A stretch of 63,999 bases of DNA, the filler included, from Sanchytrium tribonematis (lineage: Eukaryota), in NCBI GenBank assembly GCA_018985235.1. It is 22 parts of 22 records of this genome, joined end to end, with 100 filler letters (N's around TTAATTAATTAA, not from the genome) between each part and the next. Parts side by side here need not be neighbours in the genome. Positions count along the whole stretch, not along the records: positions 33,737 to 50,708 come from JADGIG010000128.1; 21 more parts are not named here. The stretch is one strand, 5' to 3'. Below the pieces are notes generated by a model. The model searched no databases, was not told where the DNA came from, and worked only from the letters and a program-made list of their open reading frames with translations. Shown piece by piece: positions 34,991 through 45,720 of this stretch (the first letter of the stretch is position 1; each line of letters opens with the position of its first letter). The translations under genes were made by a program, and so were the position numbers.

Positions 34991-36400
34991 TTATTGGTTT
35001 CTGCACTGATTCTCATCAGTCGGTTGAGACTCCTCTTGTATTATTGATTCCTTGACAGGAGAAATATTATCAAGACCTGGATTCGAGAAAACCTTTTCTG
35101 GGGATTTAGAAGTTCTATTATCAGACATAACTTCCTGTGACTTTAAAGAAATTTCTAATTCAGTGGTATCGTTAAGAGTTTCAGTGACAATCTCAGATTC
35201 CTTCGTCGACTCCAAAACCAACGTAGAAACTTGGGCAGCGTGAGTCTCTATCTCATTTGAAATCAAAGAATTTGGAGACTCTTCTGTTTTACGTTCTGAA
35301 TTTTCAGACAATTGCAGATTAATTGGACTACTCAGATCTTCATCCGGTTTAGTATTTCCTGCAACCTCTTTCACAGCAATATCTGGGCTCGTCTTGCATT
35401 TTCTCATAGACTTACTTTCTGCCATATGGCTATCCAAGAATTTGTCCAAACCTTCCTCATTTTCCAGGTCAATAGCGATATTTTCTGCCACGTTTTCAGT
35501 GCTATTAAAAGTAAAGTGAGGGGTGTTTTCGGCTGTGGCTTCACCTTGAGTACCTAAACCTTCATGTGTTGAGTCATTTAATTTGTCGGTATCTGGTAAA
35601 GGTGCCTGAACATCATCACCATCTCCACCCATATCAGCACTATCTTTCTCAAATTTTAATGAGATTTCTCTTTGTTCCGATGTGACAGCGTGTGTGCTTA
35701 CAGATGGTATAAAAACTCCCTTTAATGAGGCTCGTTTCATTGTGAAAACTGATGCCCGTTTTCTAGAAGTAGAATCGTTTTTGTTTCCCGATGAAGGTTC
35801 TAGGGTTATATCATCTGACGTCTTATTGGAAACAATATCTGCGTTAATGCTTTTGATGCTAGTGGGCTTAAAAGAAGGTTTATATCTTGGAATAATAACT
35901 TCTACTTTTGACTTTTTCCTTGGTTCATAATAATCTGGGTAGTAATTAATAGGAGCTTTTCTCTTACGATCAGTTAAAGGTTTCTCAGGAGAAACTGGTT
36001 CAGAGACGCTATCAAGTGAATCCACCACAGAAGCATCACTTTCCGAGACCTCAACCTGTCTAAAGGCTCCAAAATTAGGAGGGAGTGACTTTCTTGGCAA
36101 TATATGCATTTTCTTTTGAGATTTAATTCTAGTTATTAAATTGCGTATATTTTCCTCTCGATCAAGAACTGGCAGGCCAAACATTATACAATGAGATTCG
36201 ATATCCTCATCAGAAAGGATTGGAAGTTCATTTTCAGTCACGCGGATACCATTTTCCACAAAATTTAAGAGTCTCTGCAGATTTTCACCTTTACCCACTC
36301 CTAAGGGCAAATGAAGTCGTTTAAGTTGATCTACTACTTGGATAGGAGTCATTTCTATAACGTTGTCGAAAGAAAGTAAAGAAGGAACTGTGGCTGTCAT
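34991..36400 (-). CDS. SAP-domain nuclear protein with acidic disordered tail ending in CRNQ
   Basis: MTPIQVVDQLKRLHLPLGVGKGENLQRL (SAP-like) plus a second SAP-like unit; NLS-like RKRK and RKKSK. Confidence 0.55.
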   Translation of the reverse strand: MTATVPSLLSFDNVIEMTPIQVVDQLKRLHLPLGVGKGENLQRLLNFVENGIRVTENELPILSDEDIESHCIMFGLPVLDREENIRNLITRIKSQKKMHILPRKSLPPNFGAFRQVEVSESDASVVDSLDSVSEPVSPEKPLTDRKRKAPINYYPDYYEPRKKSKVEVIIPRYKPSFKPTSIKSINADIVSNKTSDDITLEPSSGNKNDSTSRKRASVFTMKRASLKGVFIPSVSTHAVTSEQREISLKFEKDSADMGGDGDDVQAPLPDTDKLNDSTHEGLGTQGEATAENTPHFTFNSTENVAENIAIDLENEEGLDKFLDSHMAESKSMRKCKTSPDIAVKEVAGNTKPDEDLSSPINLQLSENSERKTEESPNSLISNEIETHAAQVSTLVLESTKESEIVTETLNDTTELEISLKSQEVMSDNRTSKSPEKVFSNPGLDNISPVKESIIQEESQPTDENQCRNQ

Positions 36401-36555
36401 TTCACGTTTGACCCTTGCCCCAACATTATTTTTCAAGGTAATATAAAAGCAGCAGCTTACTTGAGACCACTTTAATACAATATAACTAATTGAATTTAAT
36501 GATCTAGTTTTATTTTTTCACAAACCCAAAAAATTCTAAAACAATTAACACAATC

Positions 36556-37095
36556 ATGAAAAATGCTGTTGCAGCAAATACTAGCGAAGGAACTAATCTA
36601 ATGTCAGAGCTAGACAGATTTGAGGCTGAGATAATTGCATCTAGAATGGATGAAAACAATTTCAAGGTTAGTGATGTCCCCCTGTTTTCTTTTCAAATTC
36701 CTATCAAAAAGACGGCATTTCAAATAGTTTATGAGTGGCTCGAATATCCTGTGCATGAAATAAGCGACGATTTAGAATCACTAGCACCTTGCAAATACAT
36801 GAATCGCAGCCTAGCTGTGTATTGTATTTGGGAATATTTGGAAAATAGAAATCATATAATCGGGGACAAGATTTATGGATTACCAATTGTGTCCAATGGA
36901 ACGTCTACATACCATTTCATAGGATACTTGAACAGTCAAATAACCCAAGTTCATAAAATTCCTTTGGATGAAAATCTCAAGATGATGGGTTGTTACTATA
37001 ATTTAGCGTATAAAATCCAACATAAGTCATTTGATACAAGAGATTGTGACTCTAGCGAGTCCGAGAATTTGATGGACTTATTGTCATCAGATTAA
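36556..37095 (+). CDS. Hypothetical protein
   Basis: 179-aa ATG-initiated ORF filling the space between neighbours. Confidence 0.5.
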   Translation: MKNAVAANTSEGTNLMSELDRFEAEIIASRMDENNFKVSDVPLFSFQIPIKKTAFQIVYEWLEYPVHEISDDLESLAPCKYMNRSLAVYCIWEYLENRNHIIGDKIYGLPIVSNGTSTYHFIGYLNSQITQVHKIPLDENLKMMGCYYNLAYKIQHKSFDTRDCDSSESENLMDLLSSD

Positions 37096-37140
37096 TAATA
37101 AATCATGATTAACACTTGTCAAAAACTCCGTAAAACTTTG

Positions 37141-37374
37141 ATGATTATTAGCATCAAAACGCTGACAGGGAAACAACTTGAACTTGACATAGAAGAAACA
37201 GACACCATTTTAAATGTTAAAGAAAGAGTCGAAGAAAAAGAAGCGATCGCACCAGCTCAACAAAGATTAATATTTGGGGGTAAACAATTGAACGATGAAA
37301 AAACGGTGAAAGAGTCAAACATCACAAGCGGTAGTACCTTGCATCTTGTCTTAGCTCTACGCGGTGGTCTTTGA
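37141..37374 (+). CDS. NEDD8: NEDD8/Rub1 ubiquitin-like protein
   Basis: [41 protein letters not shown]. Confidence 0.95.
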   Translation: MIISIKTLTGKQLELDIEETDTILNVKERVEEKEAIAPAQQRLIFGGKQLNDEKTVKESNITSGSTLHLVLALRGGL

Positions 37375-37431
37375 TTAAATAAATTTGCGTTAGATTCAAT
37401 TGCCATAAAAGGAGAGAAAGGATCTAACACA

Positions 37432-38580
37432 ATGCGATCTGGTGTCATTCACTTGGGAAGACATTATTGCCGAGTTGGTATCATTAATGATGGAAAAATA
37501 GAAGTAGTGACTGATGATTTCGGAGCGCATCATATTCCTAGCTTAATTTATGAAGGCGATGAGAAGCATTTTGGGTCTTTTGCAAAAGCCGAATATACTC
37601 GTCACTCGAATCAAATAAGAATTCCAACAGATGAAGATTGGCCATTTGTTATTGAAGAACTCAAAAAAGTAGTGAAACATAAGGTTGATTCTTGGTATGT
37701 ACTAAATAAGACAAGCGATCTCAATGAGTATGATTGTACATTGTTAGCAAATTTAGACAATTTGTCAGTAGATTGCAAAGTTTTGGTACTTGATTGTGCT
37801 TTAGATAGAGTACATGCCACCTTATATCAAAGGCGCCATCCTGCTGTGGAATCTCTTCAAACCGTTGAAAATGAGGTTGAAGGAACATTAGGTAAAATCA
37901 CAGATTTTATTAAGCAGCAATTTTACAACAAATACAAAATGACTATTGAGATGAATAAGAAAGTAAAAGCGAAGTTAAATTTGGCCGCAGATAAATTGCT
38001 TACTCAGCTTTGTGCAACTACTGGTAATGCGTCAATTTTTGTAGAATCACTATATGATGGATTAGATTTACCCTTGAATGTTAGCAGCGATCGTGTTAGT
38101 ATCCTACTGAATGATTACTTGAAAGTCTTAAAGAAAACAGTTGGACAATTTAAATTTGATTATATCGTTTTGCAAGGTGGCCTGGCTAAATTAAGCTGTG
38201 TTACGGAAGTTTTAAAGAGTTTCAATGTTCACCAAGATGCAGATCCCTTAGAAGCTCCACTTGTTGGGGCCTTGAAATTGATGTCCAAATACGATACACT
38301 TCCCAAGCCTATCGAAGTCGATGTACTTGAATCTCCTATAATCGCTTCCAACGAAGACGGTATCGAGGTAGTCAAGATTGAGTCTGGCTCTTTAATGAAT
38401 TGTACACGACATGTCGAAGTGGATAAGGCACCAAAAGCTTTAGTTGTGCAATTTGGAGACTCTGAGTCTAAAAAATTTCAGCTTAAGGAGATTCCTTTAG
38501 GTAAAGGAAAAGTTATTTTGCGATCAAACCCGATCAATTGTCAGTTCATGGGTGAAAATGAGATATTTACGTACGAATAA
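37432..38580 (+). CDS. Divergent, shortened Hsp70-like protein (Ssz1/HSPA14-like)
   Basis: VGIINDGKIEVVTDDFGAHHIPS, FGSFAK, VESLYDGLD, LQGG. Confidence 0.65.
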   Translation: MRSGVIHLGRHYCRVGIINDGKIEVVTDDFGAHHIPSLIYEGDEKHFGSFAKAEYTRHSNQIRIPTDEDWPFVIEELKKVVKHKVDSWYVLNKTSDLNEYDCTLLANLDNLSVDCKVLVLDCALDRVHATLYQRRHPAVESLQTVENEVEGTLGKITDFIKQQFYNKYKMTIEMNKKVKAKLNLAADKLLTQLCATTGNASIFVESLYDGLDLPLNVSSDRVSILLNDYLKVLKKTVGQFKFDYIVLQGGLAKLSCVTEVLKSFNVHQDADPLEAPLVGALKLMSKYDTLPKPIEVDVLESPIIASNEDGIEVVKIESGSLMNCTRHVEVDKAPKALVVQFGDSESKKFQLKEIPLGKGKVILRSNPINCQFMGENEIFTYE

Positions 38581-38607
38581 ATTTGCTTAAATGTTTCGGT
38601 ATTAAAA

Positions 38608-38973
38608 TTATTTATTTGCTCTTCGCATCTGATAGTTATAGTGGTATCCAGGATCTCGAATAATTTGATCAATGATTTCCGAGGCGGAATCTAATAATTT
38701 AGCTCTTCCAGCATTTGATTCAATTCCAAAGGGAAGCATTAGATCTCGAAGTTTGTCGAAGGTTGAGGTCAATTTTTCTCTGCGTTGCTTTGCTACTCGC
38801 GCGCGTTGTTGAGAATCAGGTGCGGATTCTCGGGTATCAGACCTAATCATTCTGTTACCGATTTGGCCGGTACTGGGTTTTCCTCGGAGTAGTTCATCCA
38901 AAGGATCAAAAACCATATGATCTTGATGAATCTTGAACAGCGATTGAGGAATTAATTCGTTCGGATGCTGCAT
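38608..38973 (-). CDS. Small bHLH protein
   Basis: KQRREKLTSTFDKLRDLM...RAKLLDSASEII. Confidence 0.7.
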   Translation of the reverse strand: MQHPNELIPQSLFKIHQDHMVFDPLDELLRGKPSTGQIGNRMIRSDTRESAPDSQQRARVAKQRREKLTSTFDKLRDLMLPFGIESNAGRAKLLDSASEIIDQIIRDPGYHYNYQMRRANK

Positions 38974-39187
38974 ACTAAATTGGATTCCAAGGGGTATATA
39001 AGTTTTATATTCTTCTCAATTTCCCCAAAAGGCCAATTAATGTGTCGGCCACATGATGATTGGGTGAATGCATTTAGTAAATCCAAATAAAAAATCATAT
39101 TGATTGTCCGCAAATACTTTCATTCGTGAATCATTCATTAAATATGCACGTTAAAGTCGGCTAACCCCACAGTTTCGTCAATTTCAC

Positions 39188-40784
39188 ATGTCAAGCATCG
39201 ATGAACTTGAACGATGGTTTAAATCAGCGAGATTCGAAAATACCAAAAGAAATTATTCTGCGAAAGACGTGATGGCATTAAGAGGCACAGTCGTCGTACC
39301 TCAAGCCTCCAACCTTATGGCCAAGAAATTATGGAATATTTTGAAGAAACATCAACAGACTAAAACTTGCTCTCATACTTTTGGTGCATTAGACCCTGTT
39401 CAAGTTATACAAATGGCAAAATCTGTTGAAACAATTTATGTGAGTGGTTGGCAATCAAGCAGCACTGCGTCAACAAGCAATGAACCTGGGCCTGATCTTG
39501 CGGATTACCCTATGGATACAGTTCCAAACAAAGTCGAACATTTGTGGTTCGCCCAATTATTTCATGACAGAAAACAGTCGTACCATCGACAAAAAATGAG
39601 CGAAGGAGAACGCCGAAATGAGCCTTATGTGGATTTTCTGCGACCTATTATAGCAGATGCTGACACTGGTCATGGTGGAATCACTGCAACAATGAAATTA
39701 GCTAAAATGTTTGTTGAAAGAGGTGCTGCAGGAATTCATGTAGAAGATCAAGCTGCTGGTACCAAAAAGTGTGGACATCTAGCGGGTAAGGTTCTGGTCC
39801 CAATTCAGGAACACATCAATCGATTAGTGGCATGTAGACTGCAATTTGATGTGATGGGCGTAGAGACAATATTGGTAGCTAGAACTGATGCTGAAGCTGC
39901 AACACTGATCACTAGTGATATAGATCCAAGAGATCATCCTTTTATTCAAGGCACAACTGAAAAATTAGATTCCCTTGCGGACGTTATGTTTAAAGCTGAG
40001 CAATCTGGTAAGAGTGGAAGTGAATTGGCAGCAATAGAAGAACAATGGATTGCAAAAGCAAAGTTAAAAACTTTTTCAATGGCGGTTAAAGACCATCTTG
40101 TGTCTCAAGGAAAAGAAAGAGAGGCCAACGAATTTTTTGCAAAGGCACAAATTTTAAGCCATAAGGATGCAACTGCTCTAGCTAAACAACTCGGGGTTTC
40201 TATTTTTTGGTGTTGTTACAGACCACGAACAAGAGAGGGTTACTTTAGATACTTTGGTGGCACTGATGCTTGTATCGCAAGATCAAAGGCTTATGCCCCA
40301 TTTTGTGACTTGAATTGGATGGAATCAAAAAAACCAATTTATTCACAAGCTAAAAAATATGCAGACGGAGTCAAGCGATCTCATCCTTGGGCTATGTTGG
40401 CTTACAATCTTTCTCCATCCTTTAATTGGGATGCTGCTGGAATGAGTGATAAGGAGATTCAATCCTTCATTTGGGATCTTGGTAAATTGGGCTTCACATG
40501 GCAGTTCATCACGTATATTTTACTAATTTAGACTTGCTGGTTTTCACTCAAACTCCTTGGGTATCGACTTATTTGCCCGAGATTATGCGAAGCGTGGTAT
40601 GTTGGCATATGTAGAGGATATTCAAAGAAAAGAACGAGAATTCGGTGTCGAAACTTTGGCACATCAGAAATGGTCTGGTGCCGAGCTTGTCGATACACAA
40701 ATGATGACAGCAACTGGAGGCATTAGTAGCACTGCCGCAATGGGCAAAGGTGTGACTGAAGATCAATTTAAGTCAAAGCTATAA
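39188..40784 (+). CDS. ICL1: Isocitrate lyase (long eukaryotic type) with PTS1 -SKL, 2 exons
   Basis: [29 protein letters not shown], spliced QFITLAGFH, HQKWSGA. Confidence 0.97.
40513..40531 (+). other. 19-nt intron GTATATTTTACTAATTTAG
   Basis: Removal restores QFITLAGFH; contains the branch-like TACTAAT. Confidence 0.95.
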
Positions 40785-40793
40785 ATCTTTTAT

Positions 40794-41363
40794 TTAAACC
40801 AAACCATCGTAAAGATTCATTGCTTGTATTATTCCAGGATATATCTTTGCACCATCTTGAAATTCTTTATAATTGATTTTTTCGTCTTCATCCTTGTCCA
40901 TTATCTCAAATAATTTTTGTACTTTTAATTCAGGTGTTTGTTCGTCTTCTGGCAATTTCACCCTCCCGAGCATTTTGTAAAGCGCTTGCATTGTCTTCAG
41001 ACATTCTGATTTTGAAATGTAGCCATCTTTATCTATATCGTGTAGATCAAATGCCCATTTCAACTTGTCTTCAGTGGAACCTCTAGCAGTCACTGATAAG
41101 CAAGTTATAAATTCATTAAACTCTATCATTCCGTTCTTGTTTAGATCAAATTGATCAAACACCATATCCGCAAAGTCGTTGGAGTCTCCCAACGACCAGA
41201 ATGTGTGATAAATTCTTCTGAATTCTGCTCTATCAAGATATCCACTTGGAGCGTCTCTCATAAAACCTTTATACCATTGCTGTATTTCTTTTTTTGAAAA
41301 CTTGGTGTCTTGTGCTAGTTGATTAAGAATTATGGAATTTAGTTTAGAATTTGACTGACCCAT
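40794..41363 (-). CDS. NCS1: Neuronal calcium sensor-1 / frequenin
   Basis: MGQSNSKL myristoylation start, EIQQWYKGF, EF hands, C-terminal LYDGLV. Confidence 0.95.
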   Translation of the reverse strand: MGQSNSKLNSIILNQLAQDTKFSKKEIQQWYKGFMRDAPSGYLDRAEFRRIYHTFWSLGDSNDFADMVFDQFDLNKNGMIEFNEFITCLSVTARGSTEDKLKWAFDLHDIDKDGYISKSECLKTMQALYKMLGRVKLPEDEQTPELKVQKLFEIMDKDEDEKINYKEFQDGAKIYPGIIQAMNLYDGLV

Positions 41364-41409
41364 TGTGTTTCAAATTTGTATCTTTTTCAATAAATTTCAA
41401 CAAAAACAT

Positions 41410-41646
41410 TTATTCCTGAAGCAATTCATAATTCGTGCCTCTGCGCCTTTCATCTCTTGATTTTAGAATTCCTAAAATGCCAGCTGGTATACAAAGGATG
41501 CCAAGTATAAAGAATAAAACATAGCTTGAGTTATTTAAAAATTCCATCCATCCCAGTATTAAGAAAATAAATCCAAACACCAATAGGCCCCAACTCGCGG
41601 ATGTAGTTGTCAATTCTCCGTTTCCGTTATCAAAGTTTGAAGACAT
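41410..41646 (-). CDS. Small two-TM membrane protein
   Basis: 78 aa, two hydrophobic helices, basic tail containing YELL. Confidence 0.55.
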   Translation of the reverse strand: MSSNFDNGNGELTTTSASWGLLVFGFIFLILGWMEFLNNSSYVLFFILGILCIPAGILGILKSRDERRRGTNYELLQE

Positions 41647-41702
41647 AAGGAAAAGATAGACTTTGTTTCACCTCATTAAGCGTAAAATAATTTAGTATAA
41701 AT

Positions 41703-42551
41703 TTATTCCATTTCTGTGAAGCTTAATAGATTTTTAAATCCAACAGATAATTTTGCGAAACAAGTGACAGCTTTTTTGCAAGAAGTTTGGCTGACATAAG
41801 TTTTGCGCTTCTTTTCGTAATAATTTGGCTTGATGTAAAATTGCTTGAACAAGTATCCGCTTCGGTGATCCTTCTCTACAACTACATATAAAATAGAGCT
41901 GGATAAGAATGTTGGCAAGTATTTCAAAACTAACACCTTTTTTGAAGGTGACTCTGTAAAGGATGCTGCACAAGCGACCTCGGTAGCTCCTTCTACACAT
42001 ATAAGTTGACCAACTTGGAAATCAACACCGCTGCTATTAGCTTGCGCTTCAAATGCCTTTTCAAATTTAAATCTTGCAAAATTTGTATTTAATCTCATCC
42101 AAAACCCCATATAATGCTTAATTGCCGTCTTGTCGTTGTCCTTAGTAACTTCGCTATAGTCTTTTTTAATCTCCTCAACGGATTTGACTGAGCTATCTGG
42201 ATAGCCGATTTTCATCGGCGAAGCTATTTCATTCACAATCACACAGTTGCTGTAAGTATCACCCTGATCAATAGAATCCTTACCAGTTGAAATCTTGAAA
42301 GAAAAGAATACTTTGCATTGATACTTAGGTGAAAGCTTGAGTTTGGTCTCCACGGAGAGTAAGCATTCATTTTTGCACTTTTTCTCTGCAGATGTAAATC
42401 GATAACCATTTCCTTTGATTCTCCATCTAAACACTTTGGAATCACCAATAGAGTTTTTGATAGTTCTGTCAATGTTGATACTATGATAAAAAGCTTTGGA
42501 TAAAGCTTTATTTTGAGAAAAGCTGAATAAAGTCAAGAAGCACAATAACAT
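41703..42551 (-). CDS. Putative secreted protein of unknown family
   Basis: Short hydrophobic leader, several Cys, 282 aa. Confidence 0.55.
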   Translation of the reverse strand: MLLCFLTLFSFSQNKALSKAFYHSINIDRTIKNSIGDSKVFRWRIKGNGYRFTSAEKKCKNECLLSVETKLKLSPKYQCKVFFSFKISTGKDSIDQGDTYSNCVIVNEIASPMKIGYPDSSVKSVEEIKKDYSEVTKDNDKTAIKHYMGFWMRLNTNFARFKFEKAFEAQANSSGVDFQVGQLICVEGATEVACAASFTESPSKKVLVLKYLPTFLSSSILYVVVEKDHRSGYLFKQFYIKPNYYEKKRKTYVSQTSCKKAVTCFAKLSVGFKNLLSFTEME

Positions 42552-42631
42552 ATCCCAAAAGGGGTAAATCCGACTTCAAATATGGTCTCTAAAATTGCGT
42601 GATATTGTGTAACCAAATAATATTCCAGAAT

Positions 42632-44360
42632 TTACTCAAGGGCAAATATGAGTTTGCCCAATATGAATTCAGATTGCAGAGCGTCAACAGCTTCATCCTG
42701 ATCAATAATTAGTGACGTAGTAATGAATCGCGATTTTTCCAGCTTGTTCGATGCATCGCCTTCATATAAAATTTCCAACATATCGCTTATAAGAGGTTGG
42801 ATATTTAAGTCAATGGCAACGGGGAAATCAGGTATATCCTGAAAGTCATAGCTTCGCAATACACTGGCAAACATGTTTCTTCTATCATTATCAATTGCTT
42901 TCGAATTTTTGTTTAACACTTTATAAATATCTCTTAAACAACTTATATCGTTTAAATGCTGAGTGTAAACAACTGTTTTGGATGGAATTCTGTTTCCAAA
43001 TACAGCCTCCATTCGCTCTATACAATCGTAACACCGATTTAATATAAAATAGCGATAAAGTAAATCAAAGTACAGAATGATTTCAGGATAATCAATCACC
43101 CAATTCAACACACTCAAAATCCCAAAAGCGGTTTCTGCATCTAGTGTGTTTGCCACAAACAATTGTAAATTTTGATTCATAATATCCAAACAGCATGCAT
43201 GAGAATCAAATCCAAACATATTTAATTTGCTTTTGATTAAAATTACCTGCTTTTTGTAATGGTCTAATGTTATTCCATCAAAATTCATCTTACTTAAGTA
43301 GTCAGCGATGGATTTGTCTACGTCAAAAACAAATGAGTAATACATTGGAACAAGATGGTACTAAATTAGTAAACAATACGAAATCATATTGAATTAGAAC
43401 AGTAAGAAAATGTTGAAAGAGATCGATGACCCAATCTTGTTGCATAAGTCCGATCTCTCCTTCAAAGTGAAATAAAATTATAATATGTATCATAGACAGA
43501 ATTACATTGTCACCGAAATCTTGAAAATCTAATCGCAAATTATCCTCGTGTCTAAGCACTCTTTTTGAGCATAAATTTTCGATTTGGTATAATTCACTTG
43601 ATGCTAGTACTGCAGAAATAATCATGTTTATCGGATCATTTGCTTCCCTTCTTAAATTATTTTGTTTTGAACATTTTAAATTTTCCAAGAAGTCCTCTAG
43701 CGAAGGCAACTCAATTTTGTCATACGAGCCTTTAAAATATTTTGGAAATTGTTTCGAAATATTAATTCTACCAGCTTCTCGTTCTAAATACGAGTAGACC
43801 CAAATAGCATCCAAAAAATGATCAATATAAAGCATGCACCCATGGTAGTCATTTGCAAATATACAGAGGAGACGTTTAGTATTGTATTTGGAAGTCAAGT
43901 ACAACATTTTCTTAGCTACTTTTTGATGAATGGCACGACAAGGATTTCCAACCCATTCGCCGTTCGCATTTTTCTGGAATACCGCATTTCCTTCAAACAT
44001 CACTTTCCATGTACTATGAATCCTTTCATCATTCCAAGGTTTTCCCTGAGATAATAATCCGAACAAATAAAGTGTTTGAATATCATCATGCAATGGATCT
44101 AATTCGCTTGTAAAATCTACATCAGATAGATCAAATCTGGCACTGTTAAGCCCTTGGATCCATTCAATCCTTTTGTCGTCAATGTAAGAATCTACAACGC
44201 CATCGATTGGCTCAGATTTGTTATAATGAATTGTGTAGTACTTAAATATCCAATAGATTATTAAGCTTTCGTCTAGATTGTGTAGTAGTTTTTCAGTGAA
44301 TTGATTTGCTGATCCATTTGATGTTTCCAGCGCAGTTGCAAATATCTCAAATGTATCCAT
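42632..44360 (-). CDS. Highly divergent nucleoporin Nup84/Nup107-like (2 exons)
   Basis: ELDP..D..LF.LL..G..W...EG...GNP.R, DAIWVY, MIHIIILF; intron 43361-43379 joins two ORFs. Confidence 0.55.
43361..43379 (-). other. 19-nt intron GTATTGTTTACTAATTTAG
   Basis: Joins ORFs 43323-44369 and 42632-43345 in frame (YDF|YHLVPMYY). Confidence 0.85.
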
Positions 44361-44525
44361 ATGCTCCAAATGTTTGAAAAATGATTCGAGGCTTAGGCTG
44401 ATCTACTAGACAAATTTGAACTATTAAGAAAGTATCAAATTGTGTGGATGAGAGAAAAATTCAAGAGTTAAATATTTGCTAGATGATATTTATATTTGTA
44501 ACAATTTTTGCAACTCTCCTTCAAT

Positions 44526-45210
44526 ATGGATTCTAATGCAGTTCAACAAGAGACAACAAAAATGATCGGATTTATAAAGAATGAAGCTATGGAAAAAGCT
44601 CGCGAAATAAAAGTCAAGGCTGATGAGGAATTTAACATTGAAAAGACAAAACTTGTTCGAGAGGAGACAATCCATTTAGATCAAGTTTATGAAAAAAAGA
44701 AGAAACAATCATCTGTGCAGAAAAAGATTCAGGAATCAAATATGAATAACAAGCAGAGACTTAAAGTGCTACAAATTAAAAACAGCCATTTGGACGGTTT
44801 GTTGCAAAATGTTCGTGATAAACTCACTTCTGTATCTTCTCAACCACAGTATAAGGAATTATTGAAGAATCTTCTGCTTCAGTCATTCACCTGTTTACTT
44901 GAATCCAAAGTTGAAATTCAATGTTTAGCAAATGAAGAAGCTGTATTGAAAGAAATCCTTCCCACTGCAGTGGATGAATTCGAGAAGCTGTCAAAAATTA
45001 AAGTCGAAGCTACTATAAATCCTTCATTGGGTAAGGAATCTGTGGGAGGTATCATTGTGACAGCTTTAGATGGTAGAATCAAAGCCTTAAATACCTTGGA
45101 GCATCGTTTAATTTGTATGACTGACCAAGTAATATTTTCTTATTTAGCTTTTACCCGAATTAAGAGTGCTATTATACGGGGCCTCTGAAAATCGCAAGTT
45201 TTTCGATTAA
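44526..45210 (+). CDS. VMA4: V-ATPase subunit E (2 exons)
   Basis: FIKNEAMEKAREI..KADEEFNIEK, GGI, NTLEHRL; spliced end LPELR..LYG...NRKFFD. Confidence 0.95.
45129..45147 (+). other. 19-nt intron GTAATATTTTCTTATTTAG
   Basis: Restores the conserved NRKFFD C-terminus. Confidence 0.93.
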
Positions 45211-45266
45211 TAAACACCAATGTTTTGGCTTTAAAGTTGGAGTAATTTTGTAAAACAATCGATACA

Positions 45267-45710
45267 ATGAGCAAGGACTTAACTCCTGAAGAACAACAAT
45301 ACTGGATGAAAATGGGCGTTATGGCCAGCGAAAGTTGCTTAGCGAAAAGCTTATTCTCAGGTGTAGCTGGTTATGGTCTGGGTTTGATGTTTGGAATGTT
45401 TATGAATTCATTTCAAACTCCGGGTGTTGAACAGGCTGCCCAAACCACTGTAAGGGCTGTCTTGAAAGACATGAAAGTATCCTCATTAAGATCTGCTAGA
45501 CAATTTGGAAGTGTTGGATTGCTTTTTGCTGGAATAGAGTGCTTAATGGAGAGTATGAGGGCAAGGAAAGATACTATAACCACACTTTCCAGTGGGTGCT
45601 TAACCGGTGCGTATCTTGGTAAAGAGACTCCGACTGGTGCTCTTGTAGGATGTGGCGGGTTTGCTCTTTTTTCTTTAGCAATTGACCATTTTATGGAAGG
45701 AAAATTTTAA
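45267..45710 (+). CDS. TIM22: Mitochondrial inner-membrane translocase Tim22
   Basis: ESC..K...SGVAGYGLG..FG.F, FAGIEC..ES.R..D, GCGGFALFS.AID. Confidence 0.92.
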   Translation: MSKDLTPEEQQYWMKMGVMASESCLAKSLFSGVAGYGLGLMFGMFMNSFQTPGVEQAAQTTVRAVLKDMKVSSLRSARQFGSVGLLFAGIECLMESMRARKDTITTLSSGCLTGAYLGKETPTGALVGCGGFALFSLAIDHFMEGKF

Positions 45711-45720
45711 TCGAAATATT

